Source: Octopus sinensis (Eukaryota). From it: a DNA stretch of 64,000 bases. The stretch's first letter is position 1; each line of letters begins with the position of its first letter. Positions 1-14,316 of this stretch are shown one piece after another. The stretch is from assembly GCF_006345805.1 (NCBI RefSeq), contig NC_042997.1:2666001-2730000 (forward strand), in the 5' to 3' direction. The translations under genes were made by a program, and so were the position numbers. The notes beneath the pieces were generated by a model, which had not been told where the DNA came from, did no database searches, and saw only the letters and a program-made list of their open reading frames with translations.

Positions 1-1478
1 TGATTTGTAGAATCCTATTTCTTTCTAGAAGGCATGGGTAAGTAGCAAATAAATGTAATTTCATTGATATTCAAGGTTATATTTCGATACTTTCTATTGT
101 CCTTCTTCTTTTCTTCCTTAATTCGTTTGGCAGATTGAATGCATAAATGCAGGGCTACAAATTGAAATGATTTGAATTCAAAATAATGTTCGATATTTCA
201 CTGTAATTCAACATTGAATTTTCCTTTAATACTTCTAATTTCAAGTCCCTTCAAAATGCATGTCGTTTCTTTCTTTAAGCTTTTACTCCCACTTGAAGGA
301 AAGAATAGATTCTTTCTGATTAGGAACACGTTTAATATCAAATTCACTTACATAATATGTGAATCACGAAATTTTCTTTTTACATACTTCATATATTTGT
401 CTTTTACTTGAAGTATGAGGACTGCAAATCAGATATATTTTAGATTTCTGCTTTTACAATTTGTTTTCAATCGCGTTATTTATTTCAGCTTGTCGTTACA
501 ATAATTTCTAAAACAACTACAACATATTGAAATTAAACAAAGACACTAAAAATAATTTTAGATGTAATATAGTAAGACATATATCATCTAATTGTATCTG
601 GAGTGATATTTATCATCAGGAACGGATATTTCACGTCTCTTCTTGAGTATATGTTGAGGTTACGATTCCGCTGACATTTGACATTACGATGCTGACATTA
701 CGATTCCGCTGACATATAATGTTCCAACTAAAAAGTTAATTAATTTCAAATTTCTATTCATTGTAACTTGTTGATCTATTATTTAGAAAGTCCAATATTT
801 TAATTCGAAGTTCTTTCAACCATACTTGCTCAAGTGACGTAACGCAACGAACCTATCATTTTCGTAAAACAACATTTTCGTCAATTTTATTAAATTTGCA
901 AATATATTTAGTATAAGGAGCACATCCGAAATATCGGTAAACGGTAGTTTCTATGATACATTGAAATATGGGTTTCCTACTTCTTAACACAGAGAAGAAT
1001 AATTGTTTACATGAGCGATAATATCGGTTTCAAAATCGATTACAGTGACTCTCAGTGTGAAACTGGTTTTTATTTTATCGACTCTCAACAGATGGAAGAC
1101 AAATAGGACCTCAGTGGAATTTGGACTCCGAACTTAATAATATATGTAATGTTGTTCAGCATTTTACCCGGTGTGCTAAGGAAAGATATGGAAAGGTATA
1201 CATAACACTTGGCATCAATCGGAGAAAAAATTTAAAAAAACATGCACCATTTCTGACAAATATGGTATGAGTATTGAAAAAAGGTGGAATAAACAACACC
1301 CAAAATAGAATGCAAAATTATTGCTAAAGTGAAAATATACGGAGAACGGTGTAACTTATGTGAAATCTATATTACTGAAAAACTAAAGATTATACAATCA
1401 ACATGTAACAACATGTTAGAGATGAAACCTCCCGCTTCATGCACAAGCAATATTTTACAATCAAATACTTCAAAGAAG

Positions 1479-1550
<72 letters not shown>

Positions 1551-1965
1551 GTATATATATATATATCTTTGTATATGAATGTCCATATATAAGTAAGTTA
1601 TAAATAATCTCGTTGCACTGCCATCCGAGCATTTTCTGTTAATCAATCTCTTTAATTTTCTATTACACTCTAAACACCAATCTATGAGAGTTTCACTGGA
1701 AGCAATGATATTCGGGGAATTTCTTATACTTTTGTTGAAAATCTTCTAGAGAAGTTGTCAATGTTTCTTCCACATTCTTCTCAAATCATTTGGGTCAACG
1801 ACTTTCTTTGAGATCTCTAGCAATATATACCACTTCAGTTACTTATGTATGGATGTATCCATACACACACACACAAAGAAGCACACAAAGAAACACATAT
1901 TCACACACATGGACACACACATTTATGCACATAATACATAAAATATGTGTACGCCTTTATGCTTA

Positions 1966-2160
<195 letters not shown>

Positions 2161-3898
2161 GTTCACGTGCGTATGTAGATACTTTATGTGTGTGCGCAAA
2201 TATGCGTTTTTGCTTACGTACAAGAACTTACCCATATAATATGCAAGTGGGCATGTGTGTATATCAGGCCTTTGTATGAAGGATGAAACCAGCCATTTTT
2301 GGAAGTTACATTATAAAGAAAACATTGATTAACTTTGTAATTTCCAATTTAAAATTTCCTTTCATCAAGCTGACTTTGCTGAGTACATGAATATATTCGT
2401 AGATTTACCAACTCTGCGTTAAATTTGACTTTTAATTGACGCAAGTTCACCACTATATCAAACGATTCAGCGAATCATATTTACACCAGAGATCAAAAGC
2501 GTTTAAGAATAGTTTCATATTATATGAGATAGCAATTTTATTGCTGTGCAGAGTAGCCAACTGGCTATACATAATTAAAATTAATTTCCCAATTGATTTA
2601 GCTTATTAAACTATTGTATGCATTTCTTACGTGTAATATCTTCTTAATATAATTTTATATACTGAAGAAAACGTAACTTTTGCGTTACATTTGTATATAA
2701 ACGCCTCAGTCTTGATTCATCGCACTTATATAATGTAGAGAGCATTATATTGTCTTGATTTCTCTCGTTCGTGTTCCTTTCTCTATGTATCTCGATTTTT
2801 CTCGCACGTCTCTCTTTACTGTTTATATGAATGTGAGAATGTGTTTGTGTGTGTGTGTGTACACAGACATAACGGAAAGATGGACGAAGAGAGAAATACA
2901 GACGGAAGGAAACAAAAAGAGAAAGACAGAGATACGAATATCACACGAATGGCTTACATACATTTTGAAATAAGTAAAAGGAATTGTAACTGCCTTTCGC
3001 AATGTCTATGGAAATGAAATTTACTCCGGATCAAAAAAGTTCCTTTATGCAAGCGCAATTAATTATGGATGTAAAACATATGATAAATAAACCCCAGCGA
3101 AATTTTAACATGCCAAAACAATAGCAAAAATCGTTAAAGGGAGATCCTCAAATATTGTCAAGGATGACAATTTTAATAAGAAAATATTGGTTTGAAATTT
3201 TGACACATTGTCAGGATTTACGGGCGAATGTTTAAATCTATTACATCTATTCCAATTCTAAACTGGTATTCATGTTATCGTCTTAGAAACGGTTATTTTA
3301 ATATGAAAGAATTTCTATATGAAAGTGGTGTAGCAGGGAATTTTGTCAGTGAATAGGTCGCGGTCTCAAGGCAACGAAAATATCTTGGCAAATCAAATTT
3401 AAATGTTAAAATGAATCTAACGGTTTTTGTGTGTTTCTTAAATGTCTTATAAACACCTTCCACGCTGCAATTGTTTTCGTTCCAGCACACGATCTCAGAT
3501 CAGGTCACTTGCTATGCAAGTACATCTCCATTTTTTTCTAAATGATAAATCTGTAACACATTTCATTATGCTCCATTACTCAATAATTCATATCAGAGAG
3601 AAGTCTGGGCTAGTAGCTAGCTGGCCATTTCATTTTAAAATAAATATATCAGTAACAAGCATTCACATTGGCACTTATGCACACGTAGATGAACACGCGC
3701 ATGCGCGTGTTTGTATATGTATACGTTTTTTAATATTTTACATCTGTCAGTCATTAGTCTGTTGTTAGGCTGCGGCATCAACTTCCTGAATTTCTAGTAA
3801 ATAGAATTGACCCCTGTGCTTATAATTGGTACAGCCTTGTTTTCAGTGATGTTATCACATTAACACCAGTTATTAAGCGGCGGTGGGAGACAAACTCA

Positions 3899-3919
3899 AA
3901 CACACACACACACGCACAC

Positions 3920-3969
<50 letters not shown>
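3899..3969. repeat. (CA)n microsatellite
   Basis: Direct reading. Confidence 0.98.
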
Positions 3970-3972
<3 letters not shown>

Positions 3973-5004
3973 TACATACATATACACACACCTACAGTGA
4001 AATTCTTTCAGTCTCAGTCTAACAAATCCACTCACAAGGATTTGGTCGGCAATGATCTGAACCTGAAACCTTGTGGTTAAGAAGCAATATTTCATCTCAA
4101 AATCACACCTGCGCCAGTGCAATAGTAAAAAGAAAAAAAAACAATAACGGCTTCCTCGGGTGGAACTTGAAATTTCAACCTCCGAATTTCTTGAAACAAA
4201 TGAATTAACACAAGGAAGTTACTGTCTATAGGTACGAAGCATTAACCGATTGTGACCCCGGTACTTCTCTTTAGAAACACCGAATTTCGATGGAAATACA
4301 GCTGTAAATAATAGCTTTGTGAATAATAAATAAAGAATACGTGTATTCAATTCTGTATTCACAGTTTCTAAAATGAATTATTTCTCATTCTAAAAATGTT
4401 TAACTTTTACCATGTCGATATATAAGTCTGTACTTATGCATTTTTGTGTATGTAAATGTATATATGAGGTCCTCGTCGGTGATTACCCTAAAAATGGAAT
4501 TAACCACAGTGGACATAAAATGCTTGTGGCATAATATAAGATTCTGTTGTTATATTGGATAATTAATAACACACATTTGATTGGGCCAATTGCATTCCTG
4601 TCGAATTCCAAAACTACAACAAAACTTGTCCTCTATTAGAAAAATCTTTAATTATGTATGATAAAGTTAGAAAAGAAAAAATAAACAGAAAAAGAGGTTT
4701 TGTCTTCGATATCCCTCAATAGTTTCTCGTTCATTTGTCCAGTGTAATATAAATCACATGCAATTATATATTCAATATCGACCAATCCTCGAAGCGTTAC
4801 ACATGTTAACCGTAACAGAATGATATTACAGTTTATTTGATTTATATTTAATTTCATGTTGCATTTGAAAAGCTAGAAAGACTTGACTATTCGATTCGTA
4901 TACAAAGTTCACTCTTTCGTGACTCGTCTGAGTCAGTGCCTTTTGACAGTTGCTACAACAAATAATTATAATTCATTCATTACTATGAATTACTCCAGCA
5001 TTAT

Positions 5005-5171
5005 AGGCGCAGGGGTGGCTGTGTGGTAAGTAGATTGTTTACCAACCACATGGTTCCGTGATCAGTCCCACTGCGTGCCACCTTGGGCAAGTATCTTCTA
5101 CTAATATCTCGGGCCGACCAAAGCCTTGTGAGAGGATTTGGTAGATGGAAACTGAAAGAAGCCCGTCGTAT

Positions 5172-5205
<34 letters not shown>

Positions 5206-5443
5206 AGTTAGAAAAAAAACAACTTTCATTAATTCAAAACTGAAACATTATATCATTTTTTCTAATTTATATATATATATTACATTTTGTGAAATTTAAT
5301 TTAGTAGTTCTAAATTGAATTTTTCATTGTAAGTTTGGAATAATATTCCTCATGACTGAAGATTGAAGGCTTCGAATGTCCCGTCCGTGTTTTTTGTATC
5401 GTCTTCTAAATGTTTTACGTTCTTGTCCCAGTTTGTATTTTTC

Positions 5444-5507
<64 letters not shown>

Positions 5508-5731
5508 GTGTGTGTATGTTTGTGTGTCTGTGTTTGTCCCCCCCCCCAAATCGCTTGACAATCGATGCTTGTGTGTTTACGTCCACGTAACTTAGCGGTT
5601 CAGCAAAAGGGACCGATATAATAAGTACTAGGCTTACAAATAATAAGTCCTGGGGTCGATTTGCTCGACTAAAGGCGGTGCTCCAGCATGGCCGCAGTCA
5701 AATGACTGAAACAAATAAAAGAATAAAAGAA
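5005..5731 (+). mobile_element. SINE family B (tRNA-like head, internal microsatellite, LINE-like tail), split by an insertion
   Basis: Head GGCGCAGGGGTGGCTGTGTGGTAAG and CCTTGGGCAAGT box, tail GGCGGTGCTCCAGCATGGCCGCAGTCAAATGACTGAAACA. About 250 bp of foreign sequence lies inside its (TA)n. Confidence 0.88.
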
Positions 5732-5771
5732 GATATTACGCAATTAATTTTCATATTTATACTAAGTTGAA

Positions 5772-5975
5772 GGCGGCGAGCAGGCAGAATAGTAATCAGC
5801 CGAGAAAAATGCTTAGCGGTATTTCGTCCGTCTTTATGTTCCAAATTCAAATTTTGATGAGATAGACTTTGCATTTTATTCTTTCGAGTCGATAAAATAA
5901 AAACCAGCTGAGCATTGGAGTTGATCTAATCGTGTTATCTCTTCTTCCAAAATTGCTGTCCTTGTGCCAAAGTTT
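5772..5975 (+). mobile_element. SINE family A (tRNA-like head)
   Basis: GGCGGCGAG..GCAGAAT, B-box-like ttcaaatt, central ctttcgagtcgataaaata and tail ccttgtgccaaa. Confidence 0.8.
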
Positions 5976-7011
5976 ATCATGTCTCATATAATTTCATAGA
6001 TTTCGTTGGTAAACCATTTCAAGATACTAATTTGATTTTTCTTAATAATATAACATGTAGCAGGTTCATTGTCTGAAGTTGGTATGTATTATGACTACTT
6101 CTATTAAGTGAAATATCAACCCTTAAATGGCGGGAAAGTGTTACATGAAAACGTTTGGTAAATGGGTAAATTTTATACGAGATTTTGTAACTAGCGTTTT
6201 ACAATTAATTACAATTTAAATAAATACAAGACTATTATGTAAGCCTCTTTTACAATAAGATGTACAATGTTATTATCATTAAGTGCCGTAAAATATTCAC
6301 TTGCATTTGATGATCGATTTATGCATGTAAAATCTTCTGAGCACTAATTCATGTCCTCCGCCATATAAGTGGTTCTAACAATTATAAAGGAGATATTTTC
6401 TTTGTACATGTAGTTCTAAAATAAATACTACATGGAAAAAGAATCACACCATCATGATTAATGATTAAAATTTTTCGCTTAACGCTATATATTATATATA
6501 TAATTTTCATGACATTCTTTTTAGTTTACCTTCTTTTACTTGTTTTAGTCTTTGGACACCGACTATGTTCAGCGACTAATTTTAAGTATTTCGTAGAACA
6601 AGCCAACCCTAGTACTTATTTTTAAGATCTCGTATTCATTTTATTGGGTTCTATTGTGGAATGGTTAGATTATGGGGTTATAAGCAAACCAACACTGGTT
6701 ATCAAGCAGTGGTAGAAGGTAATCACATGCAGACGACGAGTTCCATACATTTTACCGTCTATGAAAACTACTCACCCAAGGGGCCACGCAGTGGGTGAAA
6801 ACCCTAAACCATGTGGCTCGGAAGGAAATATTTTAACACGCAATCATTGTTATATATTTATTTGTTTCTTTTGGTCCTACGTTATTCCTACACATTCAGT
6901 TTGCGGTCGGCATAGTTTCATTTGAGAAAGATCGGCTGATATATCTTGTAGAATCTCTAACGTTAGTATCTTTGAGATTAAGTAAGTTAAACACCGAAAT
7001 GCATTACACAA

Positions 7012-7380
7012 TGTGTGATAAGTAGCATGTTTACCAACCACATGGTTCCGAGTTCAGTCCCACTGCGTGGTACCTTGGGCAAGTGTCTTCTACTATAGCC
7101 TCGGGTCGACCAAAGCCTTATGAGTGGATTTGGTAGACGGCAACTGAAAGAAACCCGTCGTATATATGTATATATATATATGTGTGTGTGTTTGTGTGTC
7201 TGTGTTTGTCCCCATATGCTGGTGTGTTTACGTTACCTAGTGGTTCGGCAAAAGATACCGATAGAATAAGTACTGGACTTACAAAAGAATAAGTCCCGGG
7301 GTGGAGTTGCTCGATTAAAGACGGTGCTCCAGCATGGCCGCAGTCAAATGACTGAAACAAGTAAAAGAGTAAAAGAGTAA
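7012..7380 (+). mobile_element. SINE family B
   Basis: Same body and tail as 5005..5731, ending in (AGTAAAAG)n. Confidence 0.9.
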
Positions 7381-7519
7381 ACAAAAATGTTATCGACTAC
7401 TGCATGTAATAAATACAAAACAGAGATAAACTACACTATAACACTGATCTCAGATGACAACAAAGTATAAATAGTCGAAGAGACAAAAACAACGTAAAAC
7501 CAATGCTACAAAACATATT

Positions 7520-7924
7520 CTCTTTTACTCTCTTTTACTTGTTTCAGTCATTTGACTGCGGCTATGCTGGAGCACCGCCTTCTAGTCGAGTAAATCGACC
7601 ACAGGACTTATTCTTTGTAAGCCTAGTACTTATTCTATCAGTCTCATTTGCTGAACTACTAAGTTACGTGGACGTAAACACACCAGCATCGGTTGTCAAG
7701 CAATGGTGGGGGACAAACACAGACACACAAACATATACACACATACATATATATACATATATATGACGGGCTTCTTTCAGTTTCCGTCTACCAAATCCAC
7801 TCACAAGGCTTTGGTCGGCCCGAGGCTATAGTAGACGTCACTTGCCCAAGGTGCCACGCAGTGCGAATGAACCCGGAACCATGTGGTTTGTAAGCAAGCT
7901 ACTTACCACACAGCCACTCCTGCA
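7520..7924 (-). mobile_element. SINE family B
   Basis: Reverse-complement copy, near full length. Confidence 0.9.
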
Positions 7925-7926
7925 TT

Positions 7927-8105
7927 ACAGAAGAAATGGAGACAAAAATCACTCCATGGCCAGCACACTGCGATGCTTGACAGAGAAGCGAGCCTAAGTA
8001 AAATCCAACAACGGCGTAGATACTCTGCATTATATAAAGAAACAGAAGGAATGATTCCCGTTGCAAAAGTACAATGCCTGATCTCAAAGAACTATAAGAG
8101 AAAAA
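7927..8105 (+). mobile_element. Internal R4/Dong-like fragment
   Basis: WRQKSLHGQH..LDREAS...LYKETEGMI...NYKRKI, homologous to the region just upstream of the knuckle at ~50.2 kb. Confidence 0.6.
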
Positions 8106-8289
8106 TTGTTTGTTGTAGTTTTCCCATGGTTTCTGGTGTGTGTCTGTATTACTGTGAGATGGATTTTATCGTGTGTCTTTTTTGTTTATTGTGTCTTGAC
8201 ATATATCCTCGTTTTACTTCGAAATTTGCACGAAACGGTGTCTGTGGAATCTATTTCGGGATGTGAGAATGTGCTTATGCTTGTGTGAG

Positions 8290-9120
8290 CGTCTACGAGT
8301 GAGTGTGTGTTTGAGAGAGCAGAGAGGGAGGGCTGGTTTAAGTTGAGCCCTAATTTCTTCTTTCCATTGTTTTACTTGTCACTGTTGGTGATGGTGGCGA
8401 TGCCAGGTTTCTGGGCTTTTGTCTCACCTGTTGTATCTGGCAGTCTTCTTGGTTTCACAGCTACTGGTAAAATTGTTGGTGTTGCTTTTGTGATTCTAGT
8501 TCACAATAATTTTGTTGTTCCGGCTGTTTCTCTTGCTGTTGTTGTTGTTGTTGTTGTGGTTGTGGTTGTTTAAGATGAGATTCAAGTATGATATATAGTC
8601 ATTCTTGTTAGTGTTGTGCAGTGTGCGATATAGGGAGTAGGGATGACCTGAAGCTTCTTGTTCTGGGGTGGCTTGCAAACAAAGTTGCATTTAATCTTTC
8701 TACTTCCTAAGACAACTTCTAATTTGACGCCGTGGTGAAACTGTATAAGAACTGGGATTTTTGTTTCTGTTTTGGGGCTTCACATAAAGCAGTACCTTTA
8801 TATTTGTGCCGGAACATTTCTCTCTGTTGTTTGATTTAACCTCTAGGAGGGTCACCCGATCCTCTAGTACGACGCAGGCCACCGTCCACAAGACGTTCTC
8901 GCAAGGCGTATCACTAGATATACTTACCCTCCTGAGAGTTATGTTGGGTACATTACCCACTCCTCGTTCCAACAGGTCCTCACCTAATATTTTCGCGTGA
9001 GGTCCTCAATTTTGTAGAAGAAGTCGATACCGGCAAGCTGCCTTCGTCTTTGCCTGAGCGCCACATCATCCAAAATGTCCTTCAGAGCCTTCTTCATTTG
9101 AGTGGTTGTAGCCAGTTCGA
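8290..9120 (-). mobile_element. Possible decayed ORF1 (gag-like) of a non-LTR element
   Basis: Semi-open frames (MKKALKDILDD...; ILGEDLLERG...WTVACVV...KVLLYV), a degenerate C..GH knuckle and a Q/T-rich low-complexity tail. Confidence 0.35.
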
Positions 9121-11519
9121 CTCACCTTTTCCTATGTGAGACACATATGTAAAGAAATATTTCATTTTATTGCTTTTCCACGATTTCAAGAGGCACACGT
9201 ACTGCTATCTTACCATTCAAATTTAATAATTTGTTTTGTATTGACCCAGTTCCTTGTTTCTTGCCATTCTGAGCTAGCGGTAACATCTCATTTTTTTGGT
9301 ACTAACCACGTAGCACTTTGATGTGGATTTTTTTTTATTATAGATGTTATTTTATTGGTGGTCTTATTGTTGTTTCTTTGGTGTCGTTGTACATTTTGCT
9401 CTATTTTCTTGTTCACCATTTCCTCATTTTTTTACGATGCTGTTTCTGGTTGTACTTGGTATGGTATTGGTGGTAGTGCTTTGCTTGTGTATGATGGTGG
9501 TAGCAGGGATGCTGTTGTTGGTGGTGTTTTTATTGCTGGTGTCGCTGCTACCGCTGTCAGCCTTCAAATCATAATCCTTTAGGGGAGTGAGTGACAGAAC
9601 AAGAGGTAAGTTTTTTTTTTCTGACGAAGGTCTTGTGGGAGGAGGGTTCTCCTCTTTAATGTGGTATTTGAACGTAAAGATGGCTGAAATGCTGCTAAGC
9701 AATTTATCCGATCTGCTAACAATTCTGTCACCTTGCCACCTTATTTCATGTAGTGCTAACCTAGTCGGAATATAATGGTTATCATGGTGATGACAGAGCA
9801 GAAGAGGTAATTTAGGCTTAACTAAGAAATATTCATAGAGAAACCGCTGCTTGTTAAAATAATGGCGATAAAATGATAGGTATAATACGGATATCGTTAC
9901 GGTCTTTGTTGATAAGCATGAGATGATGATGTGACCGATATGTGCGTATTAAGTTCAAAAGCACTTTCATATATATTAGAAACATTATTATTTCGAATGA
10001 AAACGGAGATAATATTTTGACTTCTTACGTCTCATCTTAATCTGGATAGCTACGTGATTATGCCAGTGATAATTACGTCAAGAACGCAGATCGGATCGAC
10101 CACTGGAATATGGTGGAACACCGTCACTCAATTAACAAGGTGTATGGATTTCCTGATAGGAGACAACCCAGTTCTCTCATAATAATTAGTCTATCTTTAA
10201 ATAAATACGGAAAACGAATATTTCATATTAATTGTTTTGATTAGAACCTGTGTAGTTATTGTGGTAGGAACTGTTGTAACTATGTAGAATGGTGTATTGT
10301 CAGAGACGGAGAAAGCCAGATCAAATGTTATATAATTTACAGTGTTTCTCCAGGTTGAAATGTACAGAGGAATTGAATAAGAGGAGCAGTTGTAGGGCAA
10401 ATATAATCTTTTTGTAACTCGCTACTTCTCATATTTATCTATTTTTATTTTAAATTGAAGGTCATCAGTGACAAGTTTCTTTTTACGACAAATGTCTCTG
10501 ATGCATACTGTCCTCTAAATTGACTGTATTGTCTTACTTAGAATTTGCCTATATAAGATTCCTTTTTTATTTCTTTAATATAGTTACTAACTGAAATGGA
10601 AGAAACTCTATAATCAACAATAAGTCCCTTTTTGTACATAATCTATTCGTCGTTTATCTTCTAACCCCATGTTTTCTCACCACCGTGATATAAGAATCAT
10701 CAAATTACCACTACTGATTGAATTGTACCCATCTATCGAATGCCTGGCACTTTGCAAATCTAATGTCATTGCTTGGTGTCTAGTACAAAGAAATACCGTA
10801 TTTCACCACTGGTTCCTACGATTTTGATAGAATATAGATCAGTAATAAACAGGCATATGGTTTCAATAATGAACCAGAATAATACGGAGTTGAATTTCAG
10901 TCTGTCCACTCGCAGACAGTTTAACATTAGTTTAGATATGTCTTTAACCAATGATATCAAATATCCGGCTTCAATTTTGTAATCAGATTACACACAAATA
11001 TTATAATCTCTTGTGAAATGCTTATATCACTCTCCACTACCCAAAAACGTCTGGAGATATATTTTAAACTTATTAGTGTTTGCATTTTATTATCTCGAAA
11101 GAAATTATTTTGATCCAACTGGGAAATGTATTTCCTAAATCGCTGCTAAAATACACAGGTGATTTCATCGCTTAGTAAATTGAAATTTATTTACTAAATA
11201 TGTTATTTACATTTCGATAGAATAAGATTCATAGCATATAGATACATTCTAATATCTGAAACAGTTATACACATATATCTATCATGATTATATAATTCAA
11301 CTTATATTTTGCAATATTATACTAATAGTACCCGAGAAAATGTGACGGTTCCTTTTGAGGTTCGGTGTCAACCATTAAGAACCCCCTACTTAATAATATA
11401 CTGTCATATGCTTCATAATCCTTGGGTTAAATATCTCTGAAGTTATGTCTCTTCTGCCATGTGATATTTTTAAGCCCGTACACTCATTCTGACTTTTGCA
11501 TAATATTTTTGTCTATTAA

Positions 11520-11734
11520 GGCGGCGATTTTGGAGAATCCGTATCACGACGGACAAAAATGGTTAATTTTATTCCGTCCGTCTTCACGCAATGAGTTCTA
11601 ATTCCGCCGAGGCTGACTTTGCTTTTCATCCTTTCTTGCTGGATGAAATAAATGCCAGTGGAATGCTGAATTCGATATAATCGACCCGTACCCCCACTCT
11701 CAAAGTTGCTGGCTTTGTGCCAAAATTTCAAACC
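11520..11734 (+). mobile_element. SINE family A
   Basis: Collinear with 5772..5975; ends gctggctttgtgccaaaatttcaaacc. Confidence 0.8.
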
Positions 11735-11962
11735 ATTATTATACAAAGGAAGTTGAGATTACTGTTATTAACATATCGGTAGTCAGAAATCTCTGTATGT
11801 AGGACATATTTAAAAACACTGTGAAGAAGGGAATCAGGAATAGAGTAATTATAATAGTTAAGAGGAATGCTAGATGTTCAATAAGTACTACCACGAGTTG
11901 CCCCAAGATGCATGCGTTAAATCGTCAGGTAAAGGGGGGAGTAAGTTAAACAATGACCACTG

Positions 11963-11996
<34 letters not shown>

Positions 11997-13039
11997 ATAC
12001 ATATACACATACGCACAAAGTATAGTGGGCATTCTACATCCCAGTAGCGCCGTTTGAATTGCTCTCTTTTTTCTTTCTTTTCTTCTGTCTTTCTATCTTT
12101 CTTTCTCTCTCTCTCTCCTTCACTCTCTTTCTCTCTATGTCTATCCTGCACATTGTTTCCACAGCATAATATATTTTTGATACCACCAGATATCTACCAT
12201 TGGAAATTTAATAGATAAATATTAGATAGCCAAGTACACCTACGACTTCCATTCCGAAAGAAAAATAAAATATGTATAATTAATGCAATGCTTGACATAT
12301 AATTGACTGAATATATCTGGCAAAACAGAAAATTAAAACCAAGTTAACAAAAAACATTTAATCGATGCATATTATCTAGTGTTAATAATTTTCTCCGTTT
12401 CCTATTTTCACTTAGTGACTATTTTGTTATCGAAAAACATCATTTGACTTCTGTACGCTTGTGACCGATATGTCATTACTTAAGATGTGAGTCAGGCGTT
12501 GCTATTTCATTACTAGGCGTATTCCCAGGAAAAAAAAACGAATTCATGCTAGGTTCAGAATTATCGATTTGATTAGACATTTAATGGTGTATAAACACAA
12601 ATTATCAAGTAGACACTCAGTACTGTGAAAACTGAAAGGTAAAAAAATGAATAAATAGATAAATATAATACGATTAAGGAATAGTGTTTGTAATGGCAAA
12701 ACGCATTTAGTGAATTGTAGGAGGGCGTTGAGACGGAAATTATATTGACAAATGTGTTAAAAGTATAAACATAAATGAAGAAAAATATACCTTTATTATG
12801 TAGTATGTATTTAATATATCAGCCTTTCTTATTTTTTACATTTGAATTTTCCAGTACGTTATCCAAAAACTCATATAAGATGCCCGTGATTTATTAAGGA
12901 CACAGCGTGCATATATATATTTAGCAACATTTGCTGACAATAAATAAATGTGTCTAGAGCTACAAAATTTTGCCTACATTAAATCACACTTTTTTCTTCC
13001 TTACTGCATTATTTTATTCCAGCTAAACTGATATCTAAC

Positions 13040-14020
13040 TGTGAAAAGAAGATTTCAAATATGACTAGTAGTGATTTTTCTTCAAACTGGACAAAATTTA
13101 ACATTTGACTATGCAACATGATATTAAGTTGTTCTCAAATATCTGTAGAAAAAATAAATCTTTAAACACCAAGAACATTTATGCTGAAATGGTTGCTACA
13201 TTAAGAGATGATGCTCCATTTTTATCAACAGTACAATAGTGGGCTGCTGAATTTAGGTGAGGAAGGGAGAGTCTTGAAGATGACCTAAGGCATATAAGCC
13301 CTGCAACAGCCAACCCTTACGAAAATTGATCGTGTTCACTAAACGCTGATGGAAATCAAATAGCCAATGCTATAAGCATACATTTTGCATGAGCTGAGAA
13401 TATTCTGCTCAATGAACTTGACCGCGTATTCGCACAACTGATCAGTCTGGTCACACTTCGGCAAAATCTGACATTGTATGACGCAGATCCAGGTGGGTAC
13501 GTTGAACGTTTCCTAATCCAGGATGAGTTGTCGGTTCATCAAAATAAGCCAAAGACTATCATGTAGTCGAAACACACCTCATATACACGGAAAAATGTTA
13601 TGGGTCCTTTCATATGCAGAGGTGTTAATGACCTTAGGTTTTTGGCGATACAAAAGACAATGGAGTTTATTGACTATCTTGAAAAGGGCTGCACCATCAA
13701 TGGAAAATAGTAGACCAACTTGTCAATTCAGTGATAAAATGTTTTCAAGAAAAAAAAGACACGAAGGAAAACTGAAAAAATGAGTATCATTTCCTCAGGA
13801 GAGTGCTCCAGCACACAAGAACTTGGTTCAAATTGTACATGATTTTGAATTGAGCTCGTGGTCACTCTCCCTACCAATCTGGTTTGGACCTATCTCAGTG
13901 TCATATGTTTTCCAACATGTAAAAACGCATGACTGAGAAATAGTAGCGCAATAATAATATCGTCATATCTTAAATTAATGATATTTTTTACCACTAGGAT
14001 GAAAAGTTCTATATCAGTGG
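13040..14020 (+). pseudogene. Decayed mariner-type transposase
   Basis: Translatable remnants MVATLRDDAP..STVQ*WAAEFR*GRESLEDD (mariner HTH region) and TLGFW, with many stops and shifts. TIRs not recognised. Confidence 0.72.
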
Positions 14021-14029
14021 CATCCAAGC

Positions 14030-14316
14030 AGAACAATGCCGATGAAATAAATGTGTAGAACCCGAAGGGGATGCATGTTGAAAGGTAGAATTCCCTTGAT
14101 CATATTCACTGGGATTATCGTAGTCAGCCCATGAATTTTTTCTCATGATCGTGTGCCAGTGGTCTAGCGTATTCCCCCAAAAATCAGCCGAAATTACTAC
14201 GATGATCCGGTTCTTGACTGAAGACTGAGGGGTTCGAATGTCCTGTCCATGTTTATTGTATCGTCTTCTATGAGTTATACGTTCTTGTCCATGTTGTATT
14301 TTTCTACATACCTTAA
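14030..14316 (+). mobile_element. Repeat tail ending in (TA)n; same family as the insert at ~5345..5450
   Basis: The shared block gactgaaga.tga.gg.ttcgaatgtcc.gtcc.tgttt.ttgtatcgtcttcta..tt.tacgttcttgtcc..tgtatttttctacat is followed by (TA)n in both copies. Confidence 0.7.

Noticed and set aside
661-715. Short imperfect duplication (tacgattccgctgacat x2)
   Set aside because: Ordinary local slippage duplication with no further structure.
5355-14245. Hammerhead in the CTGAAGA...TTCGAATGTC blocks near 5355 and 14217
   Set aside because: GAAT instead of GAAA, and no convincing stems I or II.
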